Assembly: GCA_037134875.1 (NCBI GenBank)
Contig: JBAXLH010000002.1
Location: 27,719-91,718, forward strand
DNA length: 64,000 nt
Source of the DNA: a bacterium
GTDB taxonomy: Bacteria; Patescibacteriota; Minisyncoccia; Phycocordibacterales; DATDWN01
Reading direction: 5' to 3'
Shown in pieces: positions 9,755 to 19,260 of this stretch (position 1 is the first letter of the stretch; each line of letters begins with the position of its first letter). The notes under the pieces were generated by a model, which saw only the letters and a list, made by a program, of their open reading frames with translations, was not told the origin of the DNA and ran no database searches. Position numbers and translations under genes: made by a program.

Positions 9755-10693
9755 TTATTTAAACGTCATTGTTCCGGTGTCCAATTTCAAATCAAACACC
9801 AGTTCCCCTTTTGAAGTGAACAAATAACTTTGTACCTGGCTCAGCATTTTTGAGTAGTCTTGCTCTTGCGAACTTTCACAATACATCTGAGTAGACATCA
9901 TTTTGGTAAATGTGATTTTGTTTCCACTGACCGTATACTCCCCGCCGACACCATTGCAGTCCGTCGTCGCAGAAAAAGTTTTGTCGGCTTTAAACGTCAG
10001 TGCAAATTTATTTGTTTTTGGTGTCACAGTCGTGTCGTTGTTGTATCTCGTGTTTACCCAATTCCACGTTTTCATTGTCAATGTCATTTTGGACGGATCT
10101 GCCTCTCCTTCAAAATGTTGCGCCACCTCGCCAAACTGCATTGTCTTTGGATCGAGTTTGAGCCAAATACTTTTTCCGATTGACGGCGATACGGCAAAAC
10201 TTTCTCCGGGCTTTCTGTCCGCGTAGTTCACTACAATCACATTGGGCGTAGTCGGATCTTGCGACATCTCGGTCGTTTGAGGAGCAATGCGATCTCCGAG
10301 GAGTAATCCGTGCGAGCCAACATATCCATTGACCGTATTGAGCGCCGCTACGACATAATAAAATGTACCAGTGCCACCAGTGTTTTGCGTGAGAAGGAAC
10401 ACAGTGTCAGGACTTCCATCGCCGTCGAGATCGTGCGTCACCTCATTTCCAAAATATCGAGTTGTTATTTGTGATGCCGAACCGGGAGCAGCTGGCACAC
10501 TGGACACACCGTTGGTTAGAGTTACGGACTGTCCATCGATAGTATATGTTGCGTTTTTTGGACTCGTCGCACCGTGCGTTGTAGAAATATTTTGATCATC
10601 CGGCGACTGTCTCATAGCATAAAACACAAATGCACCTGTTCCCAAAATCACAACAATACCGAGCCCCACCCACAATAATATTTTTGTATTCAT
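9755..10693 (-). CDS. Hypothetical exported protein with C-terminal META/HslJ-like domain
   Basis: 312 aa. N-terminal TM anchor. C-terminal TTDCNGVGGEYTVSGNKITFTKMMSTQMYCESSQEQDYSKMLSQVQSY resembles the META-domain pattern (C-N..G.Y...G..L.F....T.M.C). Confidence 0.55.
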   Translation of the reverse strand: MNTKILLWVGLGIVVILGTGAFVFYAMRQSPDDQNISTTHGATSPKNATYTIDGQSVTLTNGVSSVPAAPGSASQITTRYFGNEVTHDLDGDGSPDTVFLLTQNTGGTGTFYYVVAALNTVNGYVGSHGLLLGDRIAPQTTEMSQDPTTPNVIVVNYADRKPGESFAVSPSIGKSIWLKLDPKTMQFGEVAQHFEGEADPSKMTLTMKTWNWVNTRYNNDTTVTPKTNKFALTFKADKTFSATTDCNGVGGEYTVSGNKITFTKMMSTQMYCESSQEQDYSKMLSQVQSYLFTSKGELVFDLKLDTGTMTFK

Positions 10694-10730
10694 ATATAGT
10701 ATGCCGTTTTAAAGGCGAATATATTTCATT

Positions 10731-11048
10731 CTAATAAAACAAAAGTTGCACCACAAAAAGTAGTATTGCAAAAATCGCTACGAAACATGCAAAAAATCCA
10801 ACAACTTTACCAAAGAAAATAATCGCTTCTCTCTTTCGATTTTCAATGAGTAAATACACCGACTCCGATAAAAATAAATATCCCATAACCGCAGCTGACA
10901 ACACAAAGAGACTCAACATAATCATCGGAATAATAATTGTCCCGTTTTGATCCTTGAGAAGAGAAGCTACGGCCTGCACAACAAAGACAATAACAACAAT
11001 GTAGGCCATCGCCATAAGTGCATGTAAAAATGGTTTTTTCATACTCAT
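10731..11048 (-). CDS. Small hypothetical integral membrane protein
   Basis: 105 aa. Three predicted TM helices. Confidence 0.45.
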   Translation of the reverse strand: MSMKKPFLHALMAMAYIVVIVFVVQAVASLLKDQNGTIIIPMIMLSLFVLSAAVMGYLFLSESVYLLIENRKREAIIFFGKVVGFFACFVAIFAILLFVVQLLFY

Positions 11049-11135
11049 AGTATAGCAAAATTCGAAAGATTGGACAGATTTTACAAAGAAAAAGCCGGCG
11101 AGTGGGTACGCCGAGCATTACAAATAATTTTGTTA

Positions 11136-11375
11136 TTAAGTTTTTTCGTTCTGGTGCAACCGACGCAACAACTCACGCTTGATGCTGAGCTCTCTCTGGT
11201 AGAGAGAACTTCTTCCAGGATCCATTATTTTCCCTCTTATATTTTCTGCCCATGAAAATCTCACGGCTACCGTGTATTCTGACACGAGCTCCTCATGAGT
11301 CATATCGACAAGCTTGACCTTGGCTCGTTTTGGTCTTATCACGGGAATTTGCATCCCGTCACCGATTTGCCCCAT
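11136..11375 (-). CDS. Hypothetical small protein
   Basis: 79 aa ORF in an intergenic gap on the same strand as its neighbours. No recognisable motif. Confidence 0.25.
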   Translation of the reverse strand: MGQIGDGMQIPVIRPKRAKVKLVDMTHEELVSEYTVAVRFSWAENIRGKIMDPGRSSLYQRELSIKRELLRRLHQNEKT

Positions 11376-11443
11376 TTGTCAAAAACCTCCTCGCACATAA
11401 TAATATTATTTTCAAAAAAATCAAGCCCAAACCAATCTGCATA

Positions 11444-11926
11444 TTATTTCTCCACAATCTTTTTAAGTTCCACAATAACCGCTTTTTCCCAATATTTCAT
11501 CGAATACCAGCGTATGAGTGGCACAGCGACTATGCCTAACCATTTTTTATGAATAGTGACTTCGTATGTGTAGTCGATCAGCGTTCCTTCGGCATGCGGA
11601 GAGAGCAAGAGCTCTTCGTGTCCAGAAGTTCCAAAATCCAAACTCTCGTTGTCCGAAATAAAGCCCTTCCCCGGAAGAATCTGAATCTTCATTGTTACCC
11701 GAAACTTTTTTCCAAATGATTTTGCAACGGCAACAATTTCCAAGAAATTTCCTTCCCGTTTATTTATCTGTATTGATTCGGCAACCTTTGGAAAACGCTC
11801 CGGAAATTTTTCAAAGTCAGTCATTATTTGAAATACTTTATCTACTGGAGCTTTAACAACCCACTCTTTGTGCAGTGTTATTTGGTTCATGTATTGTATT
11901 GTACAGTAATTTGCTCTGGGTAACAA
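11444..11926 (-). CDS. SRPBCC-family protein (polyketide cyclase/START-like)
   Basis: 160 aa. The true start is probably the internal Met (MNQITLHKEWVVKAPVDKVFQIMTDFEKFPERFPKV). Bet v1-like ligand-binding signature. Confidence 0.6.
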   Translation of the reverse strand: MLPRANYCTIQYMNQITLHKEWVVKAPVDKVFQIMTDFEKFPERFPKVAESIQINKREGNFLEIVAVAKSFGKKFRVTMKIQILPGKGFISDNESLDFGTSGHEELLLSPHAEGTLIDYTYEVTIHKKWLGIVAVPLIRWYSMKYWEKAVIVELKKIVEK

Positions 11927-11933
11927 AAATTAG

Positions 11934-12515
11934 TTACCTCTTATCACTTCGTAATAAACTATATATTTTACTATCAAAAAATTTACCATTTAAAAATCTA
12001 TCCTGCCGTAATATTCCCTCGTAAGTAAATCCTAGCCTTTCGGGTATAGCAGAGCTTTTAACATTCTCCGGTATTACCCTTATCTCTATTCTATTTATAT
12101 CTAGTTCTTTAAATAAATAATCTGTAAAAGCTTTAACGCTTGAAGTCATTATTCCTTTTCCAGTATGTTCTTTGTCTAACCAATATCCAATATCTGCTTT
12201 TTTATGATAGTGATCAATCTTATTCATATTCACTGACCCAATCGGTTGATTTTTATAAAAAATTCCAAAATCAATACTGGTCTTACTTTCAAAAGATTCT
12301 ATACTTTCTCTGATGTATTTTTTTATATCTTCTATACTTTTTACACTATCAACCCAAGGAAGCCATTTTTTTATATGTTCTCTGTTCTTATCTATCAAAT
12401 TAAAATATGATTCAGCATCCTCTTGCTGTATTAATCTTAAATCTAAATCTTGAGTAATTGATACTTTCATATTATTACACAACTTAAGCGCACAAGTTTC
12501 ATTGACAAATAACAA
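11934..12515 (-). CDS. GNAT-family N-acetyltransferase (RimJ/RimL-like)
   Basis: 193 aa. EDAESYFNLIDKNREHIKKWLPW. GIMTSSVKAFTDYLFKEL. RIEIRVIPENVKSSAIPERLGFTYEGILR. Confidence 0.7.
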   Translation of the reverse strand: MLFVNETCALKLCNNMKVSITQDLDLRLIQQEDAESYFNLIDKNREHIKKWLPWVDSVKSIEDIKKYIRESIESFESKTSIDFGIFYKNQPIGSVNMNKIDHYHKKADIGYWLDKEHTGKGIMTSSVKAFTDYLFKELDINRIEIRVIPENVKSSAIPERLGFTYEGILRQDRFLNGKFFDSKIYSLLRSDKR

Positions 12516-12535
12516 AACTCGTGCTGTTATTTACT

Positions 12536-12609
12536 TGGCTGGGGGACAGGGACTCGAACCCCGATTCTTTGGACCAAAACCAAATGTCCTGCCATTAGAC
12601 GATCCCCCA
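12536..12609 (-). tRNA. tRNA-Gln (anticodon UUG)
   Basis: Hand-folded cloverleaf on the minus strand. Acceptor UGGGGGA/UCCCCCA. D-stem GUCU/GGAC. Anticodon stem UUUGG/CCAAA with loop UUUUGGU (anticodon UUG). T-arm CGGGG-UUCGAGU-CCCUG. Discriminator G then encoded CCA. Confidence 0.85.
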
Positions 12610-12673
12610 ATATTGAAATACTCAATCAGAATACCTAAAATTTGGCCATTTTACAAGAAAAATTATACAGGTG

Positions 12674-13705
12674 TTATTTCCCCTCTTTCTCCCCCACAAT
12701 ATTTACGAGGGCGAGTTCGAGTGGGAGAGATGGAATGTATGCACCGGTGGTATTTTCATACGCGGTCAAAAGTTCGACGAGCACAGCGGACGAAAATGTT
12801 TTGCCGAGTTTCGCTGTGTCGCTCACAAACGTAAATTCTTTTTCCGAGAGGTCGGCTCTGACGACGCCAGGCGCATCCAGCTTTGTGAGCATTACGGCGC
12901 GCGCAGTTTGCAAAATAAGTTTGAGAAAAATCGACATATCAATATTTTGACTCGTTGCGGTTTTGATAGCAGTCAGCCCGAGTGCGAGGTCCCCGCGTGC
13001 AATCGCCGAAATCACATCGTGCACGAGACCCACCGCTGGCGCACCGGTCACGAGACGTACTTCATCTTCGGACACTTTTTTATCTGTGCTATACGACAAA
13101 ATTTTCTGGAGCATTCCCTCTGTGTCGCGGAAAGATCCGTCGCCGAGGAGCGCGATGAGCTCGGCTGATGGCTCGTCGATGGTGTACCCCTCTTTCTTTG
13201 CAATAGTTATTACAACTTTTTTCAAAACTTCCTGTGTCGGCTTTTTGAATGTGTAGACTTCGCATCGCGACAAAACAGTTTCAGGAATTTTGCGAGTCTC
13301 GGTTGTGGCGAGAATAAAAATAACGTGTGCAGGTGGCTCCTCGAGTGTTTTGAGGAGCGCATTGCCAGCGGACTTTGAGAGCATATGTGCTTCGTCCAAA
13401 ATGTAAATTTTGTATTTTGATTCAAATGGCAGAGTATTGACCGACTCGTTGAGAGCGCGAATGTCGTCCACACCTGTGTTTGATGCGGCGTCGATTTCGT
13501 AAATGTCGTTTTTGCTCGTGCCGATGCTGGACGCAAAAATGCGCGCGACTGATGTCTTGCCCGTGCCTCGTGTACCAGCAAAGAGATATGCGTGGGAGAC
13601 ATCGCCGGATTTTATTTGTGACTCTAGCACTTTGACCACATGGTCCTGACCGATCACATCTGCAAATTTTTGTGGGCGATATTTTCTGTATAATACTTCT
13701 GACAT
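12674..13705 (-). CDS. dnaX: DNA polymerase III subunit gamma/tau (short form)
   Basis: 343 aa. YRPQKFADVIGQDHVVKVLESQI. Walker A GTRGTGKTSVARIFA. ILDEAHMLS. Confidence 0.9.
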   Translation of the reverse strand: MSEVLYRKYRPQKFADVIGQDHVVKVLESQIKSGDVSHAYLFAGTRGTGKTSVARIFASSIGTSKNDIYEIDAASNTGVDDIRALNESVNTLPFESKYKIYILDEAHMLSKSAGNALLKTLEEPPAHVIFILATTETRKIPETVLSRCEVYTFKKPTQEVLKKVVITIAKKEGYTIDEPSAELIALLGDGSFRDTEGMLQKILSYSTDKKVSEDEVRLVTGAPAVGLVHDVISAIARGDLALGLTAIKTATSQNIDMSIFLKLILQTARAVMLTKLDAPGVVRADLSEKEFTFVSDTAKLGKTFSSAVLVELLTAYENTTGAYIPSLPLELALVNIVGEKEGK

Positions 13706-13734
13706 ATGGACATCATACCAGATTTTTTGACAAA

Positions 13735-13775
13735 CAAAAAACCCTCACCACAAAGTGTGATGAGAGCGGTTGGGA
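13735..13775 (-). terminator. Rho-independent terminator for the ncRNA, immediately upstream of the dnaX start
   Basis: Minus RNA ...CUCAUCACACUUUGUGGUGAGGGUUUUUU. Confidence 0.55.
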
Positions 13776-14275
13776 CCGGCGCGTGCGCTGGCGTCGTGTG
13801 AGAGCCGATGGCCTCGCGCCGATCCCTGTTTTCCAGTCTTTTTTTTCGCGGTTTTTGCTCCGCGCCGGACTATATCAATCATCCGGAATTTTTAGTGGCT
13901 GGTACCAGCCCGACTACTTTGCCTCCAGTAGAGATCTTTCGTGTATAGGCCGTAGCCCGCGACACTACTAGATCAATACCTTCAACGGCGTTTCGTCAGG
14001 GTCTTGGTGTTTAACTCCTTTCTGGGGAGAACCCCACCGAACCATCCCTTTGCTTCGTTGCGCAACCTCCGCTGAAGGCGCTAGAGCGCGGGCCGCCGGG
14101 TCTGGGGAACATTGTCCATCACCATGCCAAGGGAAACTACCGGCTATGATTGCATAGCCACAGTGAACTCTTGATCCCCAGAGTTCGTAGGGGTTTCGGG
14201 CCCGCGCTCAACGGCGAGGATTTATGCCGGTCACGATTTCCGGCGCCCGTCTTGAAGTGTTGAAGAACATTACAT
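13735..14275 (-). ncRNA. Unclassified GC-rich structured non-coding transcript (candidate housekeeping RNA: RNase P RNA / SRP RNA / 6S or other)
   Basis: ~540 nt without a credible ORF between dus and dnaX. GC far above neighbouring DNA. Many perfect hairpins. Bounded by a consensus promoter (14281-14309) and a hairpin plus U6 terminator (13735-13775) on the minus strand. Confidence 0.5.
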
Positions 14276-14280
14276 GATAA

Positions 14281-14309
14281 TAATATCACACTATAAAAAT
14301 ATTGTCAAG
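14281..14309 (-). promoter_or_regulatory. Sigma70-type promoter (TTGACA, 17 nt, extended -10 TGaTATTAT) for the ncRNA unit
   Basis: Minus-strand sequence reads TTGACAaatatttttatagtgtgATATTAT. Confidence 0.6.
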
Positions 14310-14357
14310 CGAATTTTGACAATTTTCAATTATCTTTTTTAGGATTCAAAAATAGCC

Positions 14358-15407
14358 TTATTTTGAGCCACTTTTCAGATAGTCAAAAATAATTTCTTCG
14401 ACTTCACTTGCCTGTTCTGCTTCCATTAGTTTGATACGAAGTTCTTTTGCTCCATCAAAGCCGTTTACGTACGCTTTGAAGTGTTTTTTCATCACAGCAA
14501 ATGACTTGCCTTGTCCGCCGTAGCTTTCAGCGAAGGCGGAGCCTTGCCCATCAGCAGGTTTTGGCTGGACCAATTTCTCAAAAAGTTTTGTGTGCTCCAC
14601 GAGTACCCCTAGTTTCTCCTCGGTCGTCGGTATGTGTCCCGAAAAAAGCCACGGGTTTCCAAAAATCGCACGGCCAATCATCACGCCGTCACAGCCAGTC
14701 GCCAGCGCCTTCTCGCGAGCATCCTCCACACTTGTCACATCTCCATTTCCAAAAATAAGTGTCTCACTTCCCTTTCCACCACTCGCTCGTCTTTCGTTTC
14801 TGATTTCAACAGCTCGTGCGATATGTTCCCACCGCGCCGGCACGAGCGACATTTCTTTTCGTGTTCGTGTGTGGACAGTGATCACGGCCGGCTCGGTGTC
14901 GAGGAGGAGCGGAAGCCACGTTTCGAGTTCATTTTTGTTCCAGCCGATACGAGTTTTGACGGACACAGGAATCTTGCCTGCACCCTCTTTTGCAGACAAA
15001 ATTATTTTTTGTGCGAGCTGTGGATCTGTCATTAGTTTTGCGCCAGCACCTTGCTTTTCTACACTCTTGTCCGGACATCCCATATTGATATCGATACCGT
15101 CAAAGCCGAGCTCGACTGCGAGCTCTGCGGATTTGCGCATCATCTCTGGTTTGGATGTAAAAAACTGCGCCACAATAGGTCGCTCCTCCTCCGTAAAAGC
15201 TAGATCGTTTATGAGAGCATCTCTACCACCGAGAAAAAGTCCGTCGCCAGAGACAAACTCCGTCCATATCACATCCGGTTTGCCGTACTTTGCGATGATT
15301 GCGCGAAACGCTCGGTCGGTCACATCTGCCATCGGCGCAAGACATAGTATTGGCTCATATTTGCCGACTTTTGTTTTTTCCTTTTTTAATTTCTGCCAAA
15401 AATTCAT
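14358..15407 (-). CDS. tRNA-dihydrouridine synthase (Dus family)
   Basis: LCLAPMADVTDRAFR motif. TIM-barrel DINMGCP. Start chosen at MNFWQKL (ATG at 15407). The longer ORF running to 15614 is probably over-extended. Confidence 0.85.
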   Translation of the reverse strand: MNFWQKLKKEKTKVGKYEPILCLAPMADVTDRAFRAIIAKYGKPDVIWTEFVSGDGLFLGGRDALINDLAFTEEERPIVAQFFTSKPEMMRKSAELAVELGFDGIDINMGCPDKSVEKQGAGAKLMTDPQLAQKIILSAKEGAGKIPVSVKTRIGWNKNELETWLPLLLDTEPAVITVHTRTRKEMSLVPARWEHIARAVEIRNERRASGGKGSETLIFGNGDVTSVEDAREKALATGCDGVMIGRAIFGNPWLFSGHIPTTEEKLGVLVEHTKLFEKLVQPKPADGQGSAFAESYGGQGKSFAVMKKHFKAYVNGFDGAKELRIKLMEAEQASEVEEIIFDYLKSGSK

Positions 15408-15458
15408 ATCGTTGACTATAATATATTTTTCTGATATAAACAACCACGGAAAACGACG

Positions 15459-15872
15459 ATGAAGATCTCTGTCGATGTCACTCTTGATCAGGTCTGTAAG
15501 ACTGTTTCTAAAGAAGATTTTGAAAAAGATTCTCCTGAGGATGCAAGTCTGCTGAATCAGACTTTCTATTTGGTAGAAGCAACCTCTCTTGAGATTTGCC
15601 ACCTCTGGGAACACTACAAAGGCAAAGGATTTCCTTCATCATGCACAACATCATTTATGACTCAAATTGGCCAACTCGCCGAGTTCGAGGTTTGGATCAC
15701 TTTGTCTTATTATGAAATCAAAGGAAAAGTCATCTGTTTCTATGAGATGACTGGAAACTATGCTTTCGGAGCGATATGCGAATCATTTTTCAAAAATGTT
15801 GTTCCGCGTTGTCCAACAACAAACGCGGATAATTTTCATAACGTAATGCTCGCAATAGAGTCTGGCAAATAA
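15459..15872 (+). CDS. Hypothetical protein
   Basis: 137 aa ORF filling the gap between dus and the FtsQ-like gene. No recognisable domain. Confidence 0.4.
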   Translation: MKISVDVTLDQVCKTVSKEDFEKDSPEDASLLNQTFYLVEATSLEICHLWEHYKGKGFPSSCTTSFMTQIGQLAEFEVWITLSYYEIKGKVICFYEMTGNYAFGAICESFFKNVVPRCPTTNADNFHNVMLAIESGK

Positions 15873-15883
15873 GCCAGCTCTTT

Positions 15884-16750
15884 TCATTTGAGCCGATAAT
15901 ATAATTTGTTTCCGAAACGCAAATCGATGTAGTCGATGTTGGTCGTCGGATCGGTGTTTGTCGCTGTCACGAGTGTCCGCAAGAGTGCCCCGAGATTGCC
16001 CGATGCTTTGGAGAGTGGCTCTCGCATATCAAAAAATATTTTGGCACCGCTCGAGAGCACGAGAGTAAATTCATTCTCATTATTTGCCGAGAGATATGTG
16101 GGATCAACCGACATAGTTTTGAGCGACGCGATAAAGTCGGCAAGGTCGGTGAATTCTGTGGTCGATGAAATGTATTCGGAGCCGAGAAGTGGCGAGCTGG
16201 TAGAAACCGGTCCATAATATTTGAAATATGCATCACCCGAAAATGTCGGTGCATCGGCAAAGATAGTGCTGTTGTTGTCCATAAAATAGCAGTGCTCATC
16301 AGCCGGCACCTCTGGCGACGAGGACGCCAGTGCAAGAGCCGACTTGGAGGTTTTGGATTCCCCACACCAGAGCGCAAATGGTTTTCTTTCGTTTATTTCT
16401 ACCACAAGAGTCGTAAAACCTTTTCGCTTTATATTTATTTTATCAATACGTTTGAATTTATTTTTGAGAAATGTTTCGAGTGCGCCACGCGGATATATAA
16501 ACGAGTTTCCTCTCGGAAACAGCCAGAAAAAATACGAGCCGTACAAATACCGGAGTGTTTCTTTTTCAACATCCGGCTGTGTCACGAGCACACCTCCCAC
16601 AAGCTCGACTTTGGAAATACGGATCGATGGTCTGTAAGAAATATATGAAGCAGTTCCAATGAGTATCAAGAAAATAAGAAAAGCCAGTCCTATGTTTATA
16701 AGCTTTTTGTTTCTCTTTTTTCGATTGTACTCATCATGTTGCAGTGACAT
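15884..16750 (-). CDS. Cell division protein FtsQ/DivIB-like (POTRA domain)
   Basis: 288 aa. N-terminal TM anchor LINIGLAFLIFLILIG followed by a POTRA-like segment (ISKVELVGGVLVTQPDV...). Confidence 0.55.
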   Translation of the reverse strand: MSLQHDEYNRKKRNKKLINIGLAFLIFLILIGTASYISYRPSIRISKVELVGGVLVTQPDVEKETLRYLYGSYFFWLFPRGNSFIYPRGALETFLKNKFKRIDKINIKRKGFTTLVVEINERKPFALWCGESKTSKSALALASSSPEVPADEHCYFMDNNSTIFADAPTFSGDAYFKYYGPVSTSSPLLGSEYISSTTEFTDLADFIASLKTMSVDPTYLSANNENEFTLVLSSGAKIFFDMREPLSKASGNLGALLRTLVTATNTDPTTNIDYIDLRFGNKLYYRLK

Positions 16751-16759
16751 GACAAAAAA

Positions 16760-18031
16760 TTATTTTTTTGAAATCACGGTCTGACCGCCCATATATGGCT
16801 GGAGAACATCTGGAATTTTTATACTACCATCCTCTTGCTGATAGTTTTCGACAATCATAATGAGTGGTCTGCCAGAGAGAGCAGTGTTGTTGAGCGAATG
16901 TACAAATTGCATTTTGCCGGATTCATCACGATAGCGAATATTGAGTCTGCGTGTTTGGAAATCATGAAAATATGAACACGAACCGGTCTCGCGATATGTG
17001 TTTTCTGATGGAAGCCAAACTTCGATGTCATATTTTTTGACTTGGCCGAGTCCGAGGTCTCCACCACAGTTTGCGACGACGTGATATGGCAATCCGAGTT
17101 CCTCGGTAAGTTCCTCTGTGTTTCTCTCGAGCTCTTCGTGGAAAGCAACTGACTCGGTATGGCTCGCTTCGCACAAAATAACTTGCTCAAATTTGTAAAA
17201 TTCGTGTACGCGCAAAATACCTTTTGTATCTTTGCCATGTGCACCAGCCTCGCGACGAAATGCCGGAGAAAAAGATAACATTTTTATCGGCAAATCTTTT
17301 TTGTCGAGCACTTCATCCATATAAAATCCCATTGTCGCAACCTCGGCTGTACCAGAGAGATATTCGCCGTCTTGTGTTTTGTACAAATCCTCCTCGCCTT
17401 GTGGCAAATAGCCTGTACCCATAAGTAGCTCTCTGCGAAGAAGCGATGGAACAATCATTGGTCGATATCCTCCTTTCTTTTGGAAAAAATCTGTAACAAA
17501 TTGCCAGAGAGCAAACTGTAGTCGCGCACCATCTCCTGTCAAAAAATATCCACGAAAGCCAGCGACTTTTGAGCCACGGTCGAGGTCGAGCATTCCGAGA
17601 TTTGTCATAAGCTCGATGTGAGTTTTTGGTGTGAAAGAAAACTGTGTCGGCTCGCCCCATGTTTTGACTTCTTTGTTGTCTGCATCACTCTCCCCCTCTG
17701 GCACAGACATATCGGGAATATTTGGTACAGCGACCATAAGTATCTGCCATTCGTGCATCACGGCTTTGAGTTCTTCCTCTTCTTTTTGGAGTTCAGCTTT
17801 GAGAGATTGCATTTCGGAAATCATCTGAGACTTTTGTGCAGGATCATTTGTTCTGACAATTTTCTCGCTGACATCATTTTGCTCCGCGCGTTTTTTCTCG
17901 ATCATCGAGATGAGTTCGCGACGCTTGTCGTCCGCTTTAATCAGCGCTTCTACATCAAAATCAATGCGTTTTTTCTTGGCGCCCATAGCTACGAGCTCCT
18001 TGTTTTCTCGTATAAATTTTATATCCAACAT
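16760..18031 (-). CDS. serS: Seryl-tRNA synthetase
   Basis: 423 aa. MLDIKFIRENKELV N-terminal coiled coil. Class II motifs (FRRE...GLxRVHEFxKxE). Confidence 0.9.
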   Translation of the reverse strand: MLDIKFIRENKELVAMGAKKKRIDFDVEALIKADDKRRELISMIEKKRAEQNDVSEKIVRTNDPAQKSQMISEMQSLKAELQKEEEELKAVMHEWQILMVAVPNIPDMSVPEGESDADNKEVKTWGEPTQFSFTPKTHIELMTNLGMLDLDRGSKVAGFRGYFLTGDGARLQFALWQFVTDFFQKKGGYRPMIVPSLLRRELLMGTGYLPQGEEDLYKTQDGEYLSGTAEVATMGFYMDEVLDKKDLPIKMLSFSPAFRREAGAHGKDTKGILRVHEFYKFEQVILCEASHTESVAFHEELERNTEELTEELGLPYHVVANCGGDLGLGQVKKYDIEVWLPSENTYRETGSCSYFHDFQTRRLNIRYRDESGKMQFVHSLNNTALSGRPLIMIVENYQQEDGSIKIPDVLQPYMGGQTVISKK

Positions 18032-18094
18032 AGTATATATAGTGTATCAAATATGAGATAAATGAAAAGCGACCCACCTGGGTCGCATCAAAAA

Positions 18095-18343
18095 TTAGTT
18101 TACCACTATTGCGTCGGGCCGAATATGGCTCCCGTCGAATTCCCTCTTCAGAAAATAATATTCCTGTCCGTTGTATGTAAACCGAACAGCGCAACAATCA
18201 TCGTGATTGTACACCATCCGAAAAGAACCTTCGACTTCGACAGTATCGCCGGGAGAAAGATATGTATCCGTCCTCCGGAGTAACGAACTGCGAGGGTCAG
18301 TTTTTTCAAAGACTCTCAAATCTTTTGTGAGTTTGACCGTCAT
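18095..18343 (-). CDS. Hypothetical small protein
   Basis: 82 aa ORF between serS and a terminator. No motif. Confidence 0.35.
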   Translation of the reverse strand: MTVKLTKDLRVFEKTDPRSSLLRRTDTYLSPGDTVEVEGSFRMVYNHDDCCAVRFTYNGQEYYFLKREFDGSHIRPDAIVVN

Positions 18344-18385
18344 ATGAGTCCAAAGATCATACTATCCGACATTACATATTATTGC

Positions 18386-18414
18386 AACAAAAAACCACAC
18401 GACGTGTGGTTTTT
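18386..18414 (-). terminator. Rho-independent (bidirectional) terminator downstream of the SurA-like gene
   Basis: aaaaaaCCACACGacgtGTGTGGtttttt. Confidence 0.6.
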
Positions 18415-18432
18415 TGCAAACGAATGAATTTA

Positions 18433-19152
18433 TTAAATTGTTTTCTCTATTTTTGCCTTTGCCTTGAGTGTAGCGATGAAATCCATTACAAGTGTCTGCT
18501 CTTTGTTTGAAGTGAGCTGTTGCTTGATCTGAGCACTCACATCTTTGAGCGCTGGCAATGTTGTCGTACTACCTGACGCTTTTTGTGATTTTGCATAATC
18601 ATTGTAAAACTGTGATACTTCAGCATCAGTAACCGTGATTGACTTTATATCAATATTTTGGAGAAGGTATGTCTGAGCTGCGAGCTGTTTTGTAATATTA
18701 CTTCGAAACTCTGCATCAGTCAGATTGTTTTTTGCAAGCTCCGCTTTAAATTTGTCTGCTCCACCCACCTGAGTCACCACTGCCTGATACTGTTTCTCTA
18801 CTTCGGCAGGGTCGGCTTTGATACCAGCGGCAGCCACGGCCTGATTCAAGAGCTCATTGTTGATGAGACCATCCATAATCTGTGTTTTGACCGCAGAAAG
18901 TTTTGTCGCATCGGCGTTGAGATCTATACCTTGCGCTTTGTATGATGTGATCGCAGCGGCCATTTGCTTGTCATAATCTGACTTTGGAATTGCAATCCCA
19001 TTTACAGTTGCAACACTTGGCACTGTCGTTGTGAGACTTGGCATTTTGCCTTTTTTGAATGCAACAAACACAACCACCGCCAAGATAATCAAAATAATAA
19101 CTACTGGAATCACTTTACTTTTACCTTCCTTTTTTACTTCTTCATTTTCCAT
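18433..19152 (-). CDS. SurA N-terminal-domain chaperone-like protein
   Basis: 239 aa. TM anchor. Ala/Gln-rich. ATVNGIAIPKSDYDKQM...LINNELLNQAV pattern of SurA/PpiD N-domains. Confidence 0.55.
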   Translation of the reverse strand: MENEEVKKEGKSKVIPVVIILIILAVVVFVAFKKGKMPSLTTTVPSVATVNGIAIPKSDYDKQMAAAITSYKAQGIDLNADATKLSAVKTQIMDGLINNELLNQAVAAAGIKADPAEVEKQYQAVVTQVGGADKFKAELAKNNLTDAEFRSNITKQLAAQTYLLQNIDIKSITVTDAEVSQFYNDYAKSQKASGSTTTLPALKDVSAQIKQQLTSNKEQTLVMDFIATLKAKAKIEKTI

Positions 19153-19260
19153 ATAAAATGTGTATTAAAAACGAATAATTATTTCACTATGTATCTGAAT
19201 AATATATCATCTGGACGGCAAGCGCACAACCCACAAAAAACTCTGATATAATAAAACCAA

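Noticed and set aside
13735-14275. tmRNA (ssrA) identity for the GC-rich ncRNA, prompted by the 12-mer GGGGAUCAAGAG also found in E. coli tmRNA
   Set aside because: The transcript has no tRNA-like 3' end (no T-arm/ACCA), no 5' GGGG acceptor strand, and no plausible tag reading frame ending in hydrophobic residues plus stop. The 12-mer match is most likely coincidental.
14590-15462. 290-aa plus-strand ORF (and a 133-aa one) inside the dus gene
   Set aside because: It is antisense to a well-supported Dus coding sequence. It has a Ser/Pro/Arg-rich low-complexity translation typical of spurious antisense ORFs.
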